From Candidatus Aminicenantales bacterium (lineage in GTDB: Bacteria > Acidobacteriota > Aminicenantia > Aminicenantales > Saccharicenantaceae): a DNA stretch of 64,000 nucleotides. This document shows positions 55,292-64,000 of the stretch, in pieces. Under the pieces are notes generated by a model. It searched no databases. It was not told where the DNA came from and saw only the letters and a program-made list of their open reading frames with translations. The stretch lies in the NCBI GenBank assembly GCA_049512315.1, contig JBEKXF010000005.1, forward strand, positions 62,001 to 126,000, in the 5' to 3' direction. The first letter of the stretch is position 1; each line of letters begins with the position of its first letter. The position numbers and the translations under genes were made by a program.

Positions 55292-56722
55292 ATGCTGAAG
55301 ACGCTCATCACCAAGGAGATCCGGACGAACATCCTGTCCTTCAGGTTCCTCGCGAGCTTCGTCATCCTCTTCGTCGTCGTCGCCGTCACGGCCGTCGTCC
55401 TGGCCGGCAACTACACGCGGAAACTCGACGAGTATTCCCAGCGCCAGGCGGAGATCGGGAGTTACCTCAGGAACTACGCCCACTTCAACCGGATCGGCAA
55501 TATCCTCCAGGCGACGCAGCCGCCCATCCCCTTCCAGGCCCTCGTCCGGGGCCTGACGTCCGACATCAACATGGAGGAGTTCGACGACGACCCCCTGCCG
55601 GTCATGTTCCCGCTCATCGACCTGACTTTCATCGTCACCATCCTCGCGAGCCTCATCGCCCTGATCCTGTCCTACGACGCCGTTTGCGGCGAGAAGGAGG
55701 ACGGGACGCTGAAACTGATGCTCTCGAACGGCCTGCCGCGGTCGAAGATCGTCCTGGCCAAGTTCGCCGGCGGAGTTCTGACGCTCATCGGGCCTTTCCT
55801 CGTGTCGATCGCGGCCGGGATGCTCATCATCCTCCTCCACCCGCGCGTCAACTGGACGGGCGCGGACTGGGGCGCCCTCGGGCTGATCGTCGCCGGGGCG
55901 GTCCTCTACATCTCCGTCTTCTATCTCATCGGCATCCTCATCTCGTCGGTCCACAGGACCAGCGCATCGTCGATCATGACCTCGCTCTTTGTCTGGGTCC
56001 TCCTCATCCTCGTCGTCCCTAACCTGAGCCCTTATGTCTCGTCGTTCCTCGCGCCGGCGCCTTCGCGGATCAAGGTCGCGCGGGAAGTGAGCCGGTTAAC
56101 GGACGTCGATCGGGACGACCTCGGGCGAAAGCTCATGGCCGAGTACAGGGGCGAGGTCCTCAAGCAGTACCCGGTGCTCGCCGAGCGGCGGTCGGAAGCC
56201 GAGGTCAAGAAGCGCGTCGCAGAGGATTCTGAATACCGGAAGGCGTATGAGGCGAACCGGGCGGCGGTCGAAAGGGCCTGGGCCGAGGCCAATCGGACTC
56301 AGAACGGCAAAGCCGAAGTGCTGAATCAGGACCTCCGGCAGAAGGAAGAGGCGCAGACGGACCTGGCCCGCTCGATCTCCATGATCTCGCCGCTCGCCGA
56401 CTTCAGCTATTTCGCTACGGACCTGTCCTCGACCGGGACGGAGAACATGGCCCATTTCGGACGGCTAGCCCAGGCCTGGGGCCAGGCTTTCTACCGCGAT
56501 TACCAGAATAAAAAAATCGCAGAGCTGAAGGCCAAGGACCCGACCGCCGACGCGTGGAACACGGCCATCGATATGACCGACTCACCCCGGTTCCGCTATG
56601 TCGAGGAGGGACTGGGGGGCAGGGTCAGGGCCGCGTTGCCGCCGTTCGCGGCCCTGCTGGGCTACTGCGTGGTGCTCTTCGCCGCGGCCTACGTGGCGTT
56701 CATTCGCTACGACGTGAGGTGA
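55292..56722 (+). CDS. ABC-2-type permease, paralog 6
   Basis: GEKEDGTLKLMLSN; ends YDVR. Confidence 0.9.
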   Translation: MLKTLITKEIRTNILSFRFLASFVILFVVVAVTAVVLAGNYTRKLDEYSQRQAEIGSYLRNYAHFNRIGNILQATQPPIPFQALVRGLTSDINMEEFDDDPLPVMFPLIDLTFIVTILASLIALILSYDAVCGEKEDGTLKLMLSNGLPRSKIVLAKFAGGVLTLIGPFLVSIAAGMLIILLHPRVNWTGADWGALGLIVAGAVLYISVFYLIGILISSVHRTSASSIMTSLFVWVLLILVVPNLSPYVSSFLAPAPSRIKVAREVSRLTDVDRDDLGRKLMAEYRGEVLKQYPVLAERRSEAEVKKRVAEDSEYRKAYEANRAAVERAWAEANRTQNGKAEVLNQDLRQKEEAQTDLARSISMISPLADFSYFATDLSSTGTENMAHFGRLAQAWGQAFYRDYQNKKIAELKAKDPTADAWNTAIDMTDSPRFRYVEEGLGGRVRAALPPFAALLGYCVVLFAAAYVAFIRYDVR

Positions 56723-56724
56723 TC

Positions 56725-56891
56725 CTAATTCGGTGACATACAACTAATTACCGAAATAGGATACGATTTCCCCCCCCCACGGGGTTGCTTTTTCACGAAC
56801 TTTAAGCAGTTCTTGGGTTTTTAAGTCGAAAGGGGTGGCCGTCGGCTCTCCGTTCAGTAATTCGGTAATTAGTTGTATGTCACCGAAATAG
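56725..56891. mobile_element. REP-doublet/MITE-like element with 27-bp perfect inverted repeats
   Basis: TTCGGTGACATACAACTAATTACCGAA (56729-56755) and its exact reverse complement (56861-56887); AT-rich spacer. Confidence 0.75.
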
Positions 56892-57657
56892 AGGCGTTTT
56901 TCCGCTCCTCCAGGATCCGCTCGTACTCCAGAGGATGGAGGGTCCGGAGCTCCCGGCCCGTGATCTTCCCGTTGAGCCAGATCTTGCTCATGGGGAAGGC
57001 CTTGGGATTGAGGTGGACGTTGTACATGTGCCAGATGATGATCGCCAGGAAGGCCAGGATGGCCTCGTAGCTGTGGACGATGATGAAGATGTTGTGGACC
57101 CAGAGCGGGAAAAGCCGGAGGGAGAGATCGACCTTCCACATGAAAAACCCGCTGACGATCATGACCGCCGACCCCCAGGCAACGGCCCAGCACTCGAATT
57201 TCTCGACGAAGTTGTATCGGTCGTAGCGGGGCGCTTCCTTGAACAGCCAGTAGGGATGGCGGGCGAAGAACTTCTTCCCGATCCCGAGCCGCAGGAGAAG
57301 CCGCGTGATCCCCAAGTTGTAAAAGAGTTGCTCGAAGGCGTCGCGGAAGTCCCCGGGACGGGGGATCAGGGCCTTGAAATTCGCCCGTCCCCGAGCCGTG
57401 AACGCCGTATAAATGGCCTGCCAGACGAGGGTCGCGGCCAGGACGACCGCGGCCACCCGGTGCAGAACGCCCCTGACGGCGAAGGCCCGGCCGGCCGGGA
57501 AGATCCACTTGAAGAATTTGAATTCATAAAAGAAGACGGGCAGGCCCGTGGCCATCAGGGTGATGACGGTCAGGATGAGAAGGTAGTGCTGGATGCGCTC
57601 GGCCGGGTTCATCCGAACGAAGATCTCGTCGTCGCGAATGAGATCCCGGTTATTCAT
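56869..57657 (-). CDS. Cytochrome b (FdnI/HydC-like) membrane subunit
   Basis: ERIQH, TG.P, LHRVAA, RYN..EKF, HSYEA.LA...I..WHMY. Confidence 0.85.
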   Translation of the reverse strand: MNNRDLIRDDEIFVRMNPAERIQHYLLILTVITLMATGLPVFFYEFKFFKWIFPAGRAFAVRGVLHRVAAVVLAATLVWQAIYTAFTARGRANFKALIPRPGDFRDAFEQLFYNLGITRLLLRLGIGKKFFARHPYWLFKEAPRYDRYNFVEKFECWAVAWGSAVMIVSGFFMWKVDLSLRLFPLWVHNIFIIVHSYEAILAFLAIIIWHMYNVHLNPKAFPMSKIWLNGKITGRELRTLHPLEYERILEERKNASISVTYN

Positions 57658-58312
57658 GGGTCTTCCTCCGGACCGCCCTCCGGAAGAGGTCGGCGGAGAT
57701 GAACAGCAGGAACCCCCCGACGATCGCGGAGATCATGACGAAATAAACCGTCTTCACAATGGCGGGAAGCCTGTCCTGGATGCTGGCGTCCGCCGCCCCC
57801 GGGACATTGTGGATCTTCCCTTCCGCGACGTGCCTGGTCGCGCCCGGATGGCACCGGCCGCAGGTTTTGGGAAGGTTGGCCGGGTAAATCGAGGACTCAG
57901 GGTCCGCCGCGCCGCGGATGTCGTGGGTCCCGTGGCAGTCCTTGCAGCCCACGGCCGGGCCGCCCTTCTCCGCGGCGGCCCCTCCATGGACGCCCGTTTT
58001 GAGGACCCGGGCTTCCTCTTCGTGGCAGCCGGCGCAGCTCACGCTCTTGAGATTTTGCGGATGAGGAAAATCCTTGGCCGTCCTGAGGTCGGCGTGGCAG
58101 TCGACGCAGGAGATCTTCGCCTGGCCGTGGACCGAGGCCCGGAATTTCTCCGGGTCCACCGCCACGGACGTCCTAGCGCCGGACTTCAGCCGCGGGTCGG
58201 AATGGCAGCCGAGACAATCTTCGTCGGTGACGACGCCCCCGCCGGCCGGACGGGCGCAAATGGAGAGGAGCACAACGAGGGCGAGCGGAAGAACGGTTCG
58301 GCCGGCTTTCAT
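57650..58312 (-). CDS. Pentaheme c-type cytochrome with a C-terminal TM anchor
   Basis: Signal peptide; CLGCH, CVDCH, CAGCH, CKDCH, CGRCH. Confidence 0.9.
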   Translation of the reverse strand: MKAGRTVLPLALVVLLSICARPAGGGVVTDEDCLGCHSDPRLKSGARTSVAVDPEKFRASVHGQAKISCVDCHADLRTAKDFPHPQNLKSVSCAGCHEEEARVLKTGVHGGAAAEKGGPAVGCKDCHGTHDIRGAADPESSIYPANLPKTCGRCHPGATRHVAEGKIHNVPGAADASIQDRLPAIVKTVYFVMISAIVGGFLLFISADLFRRAVRRKTHE

Positions 58313-58372
58313 CAGGTCCTGGCCGGACGGCGGGGATCGATTCTGGACATCGCGTGGGAGGCCGGCAGAGAC

Positions 58373-58897
58373 CTATCCTTTCGGGGTTGAATGCCTGATC
58401 TTCCCCCAGGCAGCGTCGAAATCGAAAACCGTGCCGTGGGCGCTCTCGTGACACTTCAGGCACAGGGCCTTGATCTTGCCGGGGGTGCCGTAAAGGAGGA
58501 GGCCGTTCTTGGCCGCCGCGTCCCTGTTCTTCATGAGGCTGAGCTTCTTGTATTCGCTCCCCGGGCCGTGACAGGCTTCGCAGGAGACGCCCTCGGCCTT
58601 GAGTTCCGGGGCCTTGGCGCAGAGCGGGGCGTGGCACTTCAGGCAGGCGGGGCTTTCGGCGGGCGGTGTGGCGACCCCGGCGTCTATCGCCATCCCGGCG
58701 GCCTCAGGCTTGCTCAGGGCGTCGAAGGATTTGGAGTGCTTGCTCTCCTCCCAGATCGGGTACTGCCGGCCCTGCCGTTCCGTCCTGTGGCAGACCTGGC
58801 ATTTCTGGGCCCCGACATAGGAGAATTCCTGGGCCGGGGCCGGGCTGACGAGAAGACCGCAAACGGCGAGAGCGGTCAAGGCCAAAGCTTTTTTCAT
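58373..58897 (-). CDS. Tetraheme c-type cytochrome (c554-like)
   Basis: Signal peptide from MKKAL; YVG...CQVCH, CLKCH, GVSCEACHGPGS, CLKCH. Confidence 0.9.
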   Translation of the reverse strand: MKKALALTALAVCGLLVSPAPAQEFSYVGAQKCQVCHRTERQGRQYPIWEESKHSKSFDALSKPEAAGMAIDAGVATPPAESPACLKCHAPLCAKAPELKAEGVSCEACHGPGSEYKKLSLMKNRDAAAKNGLLLYGTPGKIKALCLKCHESAHGTVFDFDAAWGKIRHSTPKG

Positions 58898-58959
58898 GAC
58901 GTCTCCTCTTCCGCAGCTGGCGCCATCCATTCTAAAAAACGGGCGGAGTTTTGTCAATT

Positions 58960-60009
58960 TCAGCGGGGGTAGGCGTCGAGGTCGAGGTCCGGCGAGGCGT
59001 CCGGGCGGCGGGCGAATTTCCTGAGGGCCACGGCGGCGACCATGGCGGCGTTATCGGTGCAGAGCTTCGGTGAGGGGATAAAAGCAGCCAGGTCCGCTTC
59101 CCGGGCAAATTCCTGGAACCGGGTCCGGAGACGCGTGTTCCGGGCGACGCCGCCGCAGAGGATAAGCGAGCGCGGCCGCGTCTCGTCGACGGCCTGACGG
59201 ACGTTCTCCAGGAGCGACCGGGCCACGATCTCCTCGAAGCTCGCCAGGAAATCGGCCAGCGCCGGGCCGTCCTTCGAGATCCCGTTTTCCCGGATGTGCC
59301 TGAGGGCGGCGGTCTTGAGGCCGCTGAAGCTGAAATCGAGGCTCCGGTCCTTGGTCCGGGGGACGGCGAAGGGGAATTTTTTCGGGTCGCCGCCGCGGGC
59401 CAGCCGCTCGATGACCGGGCCGCCCGGATATCCGAGGCCGAGGAATTTGGCCACCTTGTCCAGCGCTTCGCCGGCCGCGTCGTCGCGGGTCCGGCCCAGG
59501 ACCGCTGAGGAGAGAGGCCCGTCCATAAAATAAAGGGACGTGTGGCCGCCGGAGACGAGAAGGCCGAGGGCCGGGAACGGGATCCCGGGATTCTCTAGGA
59601 AGGCCGCCTCAAGATGCGCGGCGAGGTGGTCGACGCCGACCAGGGGCTTCTTGAAATAATAGGCGAGGCTCTTGGCGAAGGACAGGCCGACAAGGAGCGA
59701 GCCGATGAGGCCGGGGCCCTGGGTCACGGCGTAGAGGTCGATCGCATCGAGCCGGACTCCGGCCCGCGACAGGCTCTCGCCGACGACGCCGTCGATCGTC
59801 CTGATGTGCTGGCGGGAGGCAAGCTCGGGAACGACCCCACCGTACGGAGCGTGGATCTCGTCCTGGGAGAGGACGATATTGCTCAGGATATCCGGCGCCT
59901 CCGAAGAAGGGGGACACGCACCTTCTGTACATGTTCCCGGGCTCACGGAGCCACGGAGAACGGCTGCCGACGTCTCGTCACAGGATGTTTCGATGCCCAG
60001 GACAAACAT
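58960..60009 (-). CDS. tsaD: tRNA N6-adenosine threonylcarbamoyltransferase
   Basis: LGIETSCDET, GGVVPELASR.H, GPGL, H..AH, VSGGHT, T.DDAAGEA.DK, DFSFSGLKT, CTDNAAM. Confidence 0.97.
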   Translation of the reverse strand: MFVLGIETSCDETSAAVLRGSVSPGTCTEGACPPSSEAPDILSNIVLSQDEIHAPYGGVVPELASRQHIRTIDGVVGESLSRAGVRLDAIDLYAVTQGPGLIGSLLVGLSFAKSLAYYFKKPLVGVDHLAAHLEAAFLENPGIPFPALGLLVSGGHTSLYFMDGPLSSAVLGRTRDDAAGEALDKVAKFLGLGYPGGPVIERLARGGDPKKFPFAVPRTKDRSLDFSFSGLKTAALRHIRENGISKDGPALADFLASFEEIVARSLLENVRQAVDETRPRSLILCGGVARNTRLRTRFQEFAREADLAAFIPSPKLCTDNAAMVAAVALRKFARRPDASPDLDLDAYPR

Positions 60010-60243
60010 TGGAAAACCAGCCTCTGCCCTATCATACCAAATCGTGAGGCCCCAATCGACTTCGAAGAGGACAGGGAAAAAAGCGGCGCGGACCCCGGGA
60101 GTCGCGCCCACCCTCGGGCATTAAGTCCTTGTTTTGAGGCCCAAAAAAGCGGACTTAAGGCCGAAAATAGGCCTTTATTTTTGTTTTATTAATTTATTAT
60201 CAATAAGTTACTGAGGCCCGACCCCATCTTAACCGACGCCATC

Positions 60244-60281
60244 TTAACTGAATCTTGACAGAATTTTGACGATCCGTTGAC
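60244..60281. promoter_or_regulatory. Four direct repeats TT(A/G)AC with an exact 11-bp period
   Basis: Copies start at 60244, 60255, 60266 and 60277. Confidence 0.55.
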
Positions 60282-60338
60282 AACTCGTCGCGGAAATTCC
60301 ACCATTATGACCCCGGAAATCACAGGCCGGAGGGCACC

Positions 60339-60803
60339 GTGAAAAAGACAATCATCGCGATCGTTGTCTAGGGACTGATTCTAGGGGGGGCCGTCCCCCT
60401 CCTCCAAGCTAAAGAAAAGCCTATCAGCGTCTTTTTTAATTTTGGCGGCGTTTGGAACGTGTGGATCTTTCCGCAATACATGACTCTCGGACTTCAAGTT
60501 GATGTGCATCTCGGCAAGCTCCTGATGTTATCCCCCGAGTTCAATGTCTGGTCGGAGGGCTTTCGTTTCGACAGTATTTACCTGGCGCCCGGGGCCGTGC
60601 TCAACTTCACATTCGGCCGTTTTTTCGCTGGCGGAGGTTTCACGGCCATGAGATATGATTCGAAATGGGTTAATGACGAGAGATGGGAGACCCGATTCAA
60701 GTTCAATATCGGCTACAGGACACGGCATTTCAAACTGATCGCGGCCGCTGTGCCTGCCTCCGGCTATTTCTACGGAGTGATAACTGCGGGTCTTGGATTC
60801 TAG
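60339..60803 (+). pseudogene. Small outer-membrane beta-barrel protein interrupted by an in-frame TAG in the signal peptide
   Basis: GGAGGG SD, GTG-KKTIIAIVV*GLILGG..., alternating beta-strand pattern, C-terminal GLGF. Confidence 0.7.
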
Positions 60804-60851
60804 GTGAGGGCGGAGGCGAGAAGAAAAGGTTCCCGGAGTCCCGGCCTAAGC

Positions 60852-61868
60852 TCAGGCGAATTTATAGGGCTGGCGAAAGAGGCCGCGCTCGGTGATGATG
60901 CCCGTGATGTATTGCGCGGGAGTGACGTCGAAAGCGGGGTTACGGACCTCGACACCGGGGACGGTGATCAGCCGCCCGCCGACCTCGCGGACCTCTTCGG
61001 GCTTCCGCTCCTCGATCGGGATCCCGCTCCCGTCCTCGAGCGCCGTGTCGATCGTGCTCATGGGGGCGGCGACGTAGAACGGCACCCCGTTCTCTTTCGC
61101 CAGCACGGCCACGCTGTACGTCCCGATCTTGTTGGCCGTGTCGCCGTTCCGCGCGATCCGGTCCGCGCCGACGATGACCAGCGAGATCTCTCCTTTCCGC
61201 ATGAGCCACCCGGCCATATTGTCCGTGATTAAAACGACGGGGATCCCGTCCCTGGCGAGCTCCCAGACGGTCAGCCGCGCCCCCTGAAGGAAAGGCCGGG
61301 TCTCGTCGGCGAACACCCGGATCTTTTTCCCCTGTTCGGCCGCGGCCCGGACGACGCCGAGCGCCGTGCCGTAAGCCGCCGTGGCCAGCGCCCCCGCGTT
61401 GCAGTGGGTTAGGACCGCCACGCCGTCGCCGATGAGGTCGCGGCCATGGACACCGATCATCCGGTTCGTTTCGGCGTCTTCGCGCTCGATCGCCTGGGCC
61501 TCGGCCAAGAGGGCTTTCTGGATGGTCCGGAGCCCCAGGCCACGGTTCGTTCCGTAGGCCGCCCGCATCCTCTCCAGGGACCAGAACAGGTTCCGGGCCG
61601 TGGGCCGCGTCCGCTCAAGCCTCCGGTAGATCCTGTCGAAATCCCGCTCGAGGGATCGTCCGGTGTCAGCCCGCACGGACATGAGCCCGAGAGCGAGGCC
61701 GTAGGCCGCCGCAATGCCGATGGCCGGCGCCCCCCTGATGACCATCTTCTCGATGGCCTGTGCCACCTGGATGTACGTCCGGCAGCGAACATAAATCTCC
61801 TGGGCCGGGAGCTTTCTCTGGTCGATCATGATCACGGAGCGGTTTCGCCAGGCGATGGTCGGCAGCAT
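60852..61868 (-). CDS. mtnA: S-methyl-5-thioribose-1-phosphate isomerase
   Basis: [60 protein letters not shown]. Confidence 0.96.
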   Translation of the reverse strand: MLPTIAWRNRSVIMIDQRKLPAQEIYVRCRTYIQVAQAIEKMVIRGAPAIGIAAAYGLALGLMSVRADTGRSLERDFDRIYRRLERTRPTARNLFWSLERMRAAYGTNRGLGLRTIQKALLAEAQAIEREDAETNRMIGVHGRDLIGDGVAVLTHCNAGALATAAYGTALGVVRAAAEQGKKIRVFADETRPFLQGARLTVWELARDGIPVVLITDNMAGWLMRKGEISLVIVGADRIARNGDTANKIGTYSVAVLAKENGVPFYVAAPMSTIDTALEDGSGIPIEERKPEEVREVGGRLITVPGVEVRNPAFDVTPAQYITGIITERGLFRQPYKFA

Positions 61869-61871
61869 GCG

Positions 61872-62729
61872 TTACTTCCTGGGGTGATCCTGTTTCCAGC
61901 CCGGAGTCCGGGCGTCCTTCCAGCCCCACTTCTTCAACCAGGCGGCATGGGCGGCAACGAAAGCCTCGCTTTCGGCCGGCGGAAGTGAGCCGGTCAGCTT
62001 GTCGTAGCAGAAAATGACTTGGTTGTCGTTGTCGCGCAGGGCTTTTTCGGAGGGGAGGCCGAGCTCGCGGGCCATGACGGCCTCTTCGTAGCTCCGCCGG
62101 TAGTCGGCCCGGTGGCTCTCGACCTGGGAGTGGAAATAGTGGTAGAAGCCGCAGGCGAAATCCCCGGCCTCGAGTTTCTCGATCGTCCTGACCGCGTCGG
62201 CGAGGGCCCGGCTCCTTTCTCTTTCGCTGAGCTGGAGCGCCCGGGCCAAGGTCAGGTCGGCGTATCTTTGGGCCGCGGCGAGCCGGACGGGCTTGAACGC
62301 AGATTTGCTCAGGAGATTTTCATAAGCGCGGAGGGCTGGCTCCTTGAGCCCAAGCTCCTCGAACGAGATGGCCAGACCGAGGAGCGAGGCGTCCGAGGCC
62401 CAAGCCTCTCCCGTCTCGAACCCCAGGCCGGAGGCCTTGATGAAACTCGCCTCCGCGTCCCGCCAGAGCCCGAGGCTTGCCTCGGCCATCCCCTTGAGCA
62501 TGTACGCCTGGCCCGACGGGTTCCTCCGGGCTTCCATCCCGGCCTCGGCCAGGGCGCGCTTGTAAGCGGCGACTGCCGGCTCCGTCTGATAGAGCCGGGA
62601 AAACTCCTGGGCTTCCGTGTAGGCGGTCTTGGCGTTCCGGAGATGGGTCGCGCAGGCCGCGCAGAGGACAAGGGCCAGGGCCGAGACGGCTAGGAAGCCA
62701 GGTCTTCGCGTCCGCACGTTCGTCATCAT
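61872..62729 (-). CDS. Hypothetical TPR-like lipoprotein
   Basis: Signal peptide with AAC, helical TPR-like repeats; start overlaps the upstream gene's stop. Confidence 0.7.
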   Translation of the reverse strand: MMTNVRTRRPGFLAVSALALVLCAACATHLRNAKTAYTEAQEFSRLYQTEPAVAAYKRALAEAGMEARRNPSGQAYMLKGMAEASLGLWRDAEASFIKASGLGFETGEAWASDASLLGLAISFEELGLKEPALRAYENLLSKSAFKPVRLAAAQRYADLTLARALQLSERERSRALADAVRTIEKLEAGDFACGFYHYFHSQVESHRADYRRSYEEAVMARELGLPSEKALRDNDNQVIFCYDKLTGSLPPAESEAFVAAHAAWLKKWGWKDARTPGWKQDHPRK

Positions 62730-63319
62730 CTGCTTTTCGCGCTCTTGGCCGCCTTCTTCTTGACGGCCCGGATGACCGCGTTCTGGACCTCCTCGTCCTT
62801 GAGAAGATGGATGCCGAGAGCAGCGAGTTCCGCCCCGAGGTTCTCCAGGGCCGCCCAGAAATGGGTGCTCTCCTCGGCGGACCTGATGTCTTCCCTGGCC
62901 TTGGTTGCCCGCGATTCGAACTCGGCCGCGATCTTCCGGTAATCGCTGGCAGCGAGCTCTTTCTTGAAGAGCGCCTTGAGGAAGGCGTCCTCGAGGCCGC
63001 AGACCGGATAGAGGGCGGGGAAGGCCGCGCGCAGGGCCTTCATGTCCCGGGCCGAGACCTCGTCCGCGTAGGCCCGGCCGAGCGCTTCGTGGCTCCGGAA
63101 GAAATGGAGGATGAACTCGTCCGGCTTCGTCCGGACCTCCTCGGGGTCGAGCCAGACCTGCCAGGAGAAAATCCTCTCCCGGTAGTCGAAGACGCGGCGC
63201 ACGGCCCAGACGCAGGCGGAATAGAGGATGGGGAAAAAGAGATAGGTCTTGACCGGCAGGAATTCGTTGAGGATCTCCACCCCGCGGGCCAGGGCGCTCT
63301 CGATGTCCTTCTTGCTCAT
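62726..63319 (-). CDS. Hypothetical protein
   Basis: GAGGGG SD before MSKKD; host-like codon usage; overlaps the next gene. Confidence 0.7.
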   Translation of the reverse strand: MSKKDIESALARGVEILNEFLPVKTYLFFPILYSACVWAVRRVFDYRERIFSWQVWLDPEEVRTKPDEFILHFFRSHEALGRAYADEVSARDMKALRAAFPALYPVCGLEDAFLKALFKKELAASDYRKIAAEFESRATKAREDIRSAEESTHFWAALENLGAELAALGIHLLKDEEVQNAVIRAVKKKAAKSAKSR

Positions 63320-63421
63320 GCCCCTCGTCCCTTTTCTACCGCACTTCTGAGAATTAATCAATAAGCGGAGGGAATCTCCCGAGCAGAACCTCAGGGAATC
63401 GCGGAGGCCGTCTCCGAAAGC

Positions 63422-64000
63422 TTATTTTACCTCGAGGATGGCCAGGAAGGCCTCCTGGGGGATGTCGACTTTTCCGACCCGGCGCATCCGCTTCTTCCCG
63501 GCCTTCTGCTTCTCGAGGACCTTCATCTTCCGGGTGTAGTCCCCGCCGTAGAGCTTGGCCAGGACGTCCTTGCGGAAGGCCTTGACGGTCTCCCGGGCGA
63601 TGATCCGGTTCCCGATCGCGGCCTGGAGGGCGACCTCGTACTGCTGGCGCGGGATGAATTTCCTCATCCGCTCGACCAGGGCCCGGCCCACGGTATAGGC
63701 CCGGTCCTTATGGACGATGAGCGACAGGGCGTCCACCTCTTCGCCGTTGATCAGGATGTCGAGCTTGACCAGGGGCTCCTCCCGGTATCCCTTGAATTCG
63801 TAGTCCATGGAGGCGTAGCCCTGGGTGGCGGACTTGAGCTGGTTGTAGAAATCGAAGACGACCTCGTTCAGAGGGAGCTCGTAAGCGAGGAGGACGCGCT
63901 GGGTGGTGATGTATTCGAGCCTTTTCTGGACGCCCCGGCGGTTCTGGAGGAGGTCCAGGGCCGCGCCCAGGTACCGGTCCGGGGTCAGGACCATGGCCTC
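63422..64000 (-). CDS. lepA: Elongation factor 4, C-terminal part (runs off the window end)
   Basis: GYAS.DY, VDALS, IPRQ, IARET, RKDVLAK.YGGD.TRK.K.LEKQK.GKKRM, IPQEAF. Confidence 0.97.
   Translation of the reverse strand, partial: EAMVLTPDRYLGAALDLLQNRRGVQKRLEYITTQRVLLAYELPLNEVVFDFYNQLKSATQGYASMDYEFKGYREEPLVKLDILINGEEVDALSLIVHKDRAYTVGRALVERMRKFIPRQQYEVALQAAIGNRIIARETVKAFRKDVLAKLYGGDYTRKMKVLEKQKAGKKRMRRVGKVDIPQEAFLAILEVK

Noticed and set aside
51240..56722. Permease junction repeats as a CRISPR array or integron attC cassettes
   Set aside because: Repeats are only ~12 bp, lie within coding ends, are not palindromic, and no cas or intI gene is present

Overview
GC-rich bacterial chromosomal window with about 55 CDSs and one tRNA-Ala(CGC). 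It has no rRNA, CRISPR array, integrase or intact transposase. Gene content suggests an anaerobic, diderm, saccharolytic/proteolytic bacterium, possibly Aminicenantes-like (inference only). Left to right: an unusual arsenic-resistance operon (internally deleted radical SAM/SPASM gene, ArsR, ArsC, stand-alone GcvH, two DGC proteins, OsmC, Acr3); three ECF sigma/anti-sigma modules; a secreted cyanophycinase coupled to a YfcC transporter; GH116, GH36 and GH38-like glycosidases; purM; a MenC/NAAAR-SQR-TusE-DsrE2 run; two glycosyltransferases; a multiheme cytochrome c/cytochrome b trio; tsaD, mtnA and lepA. The best candidate for an undescribed system is 41360-56722. There, TolC and a cytoplasmic GAF-kinase/sigma54-activator pair lie divergent from a sigma54-promoted operon. 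That operon encodes a C-terminally anchored NEW3/Ig-like protein carrying an MFP-type alpha-hairpin with an exact RLS TolC-docking motif, one ABC ATPase and six paralogous ABC-2-type permeases. Non-coding highlights: several apparently leaderless promoters, a ~300-nt highly structured intergenic element, a REP-doublet/MITE that supplies a gene's stop codon, and a REP-like palindrome inserted in frame in tsaD. Family assignments come from motif recognition by eye, not database searches.
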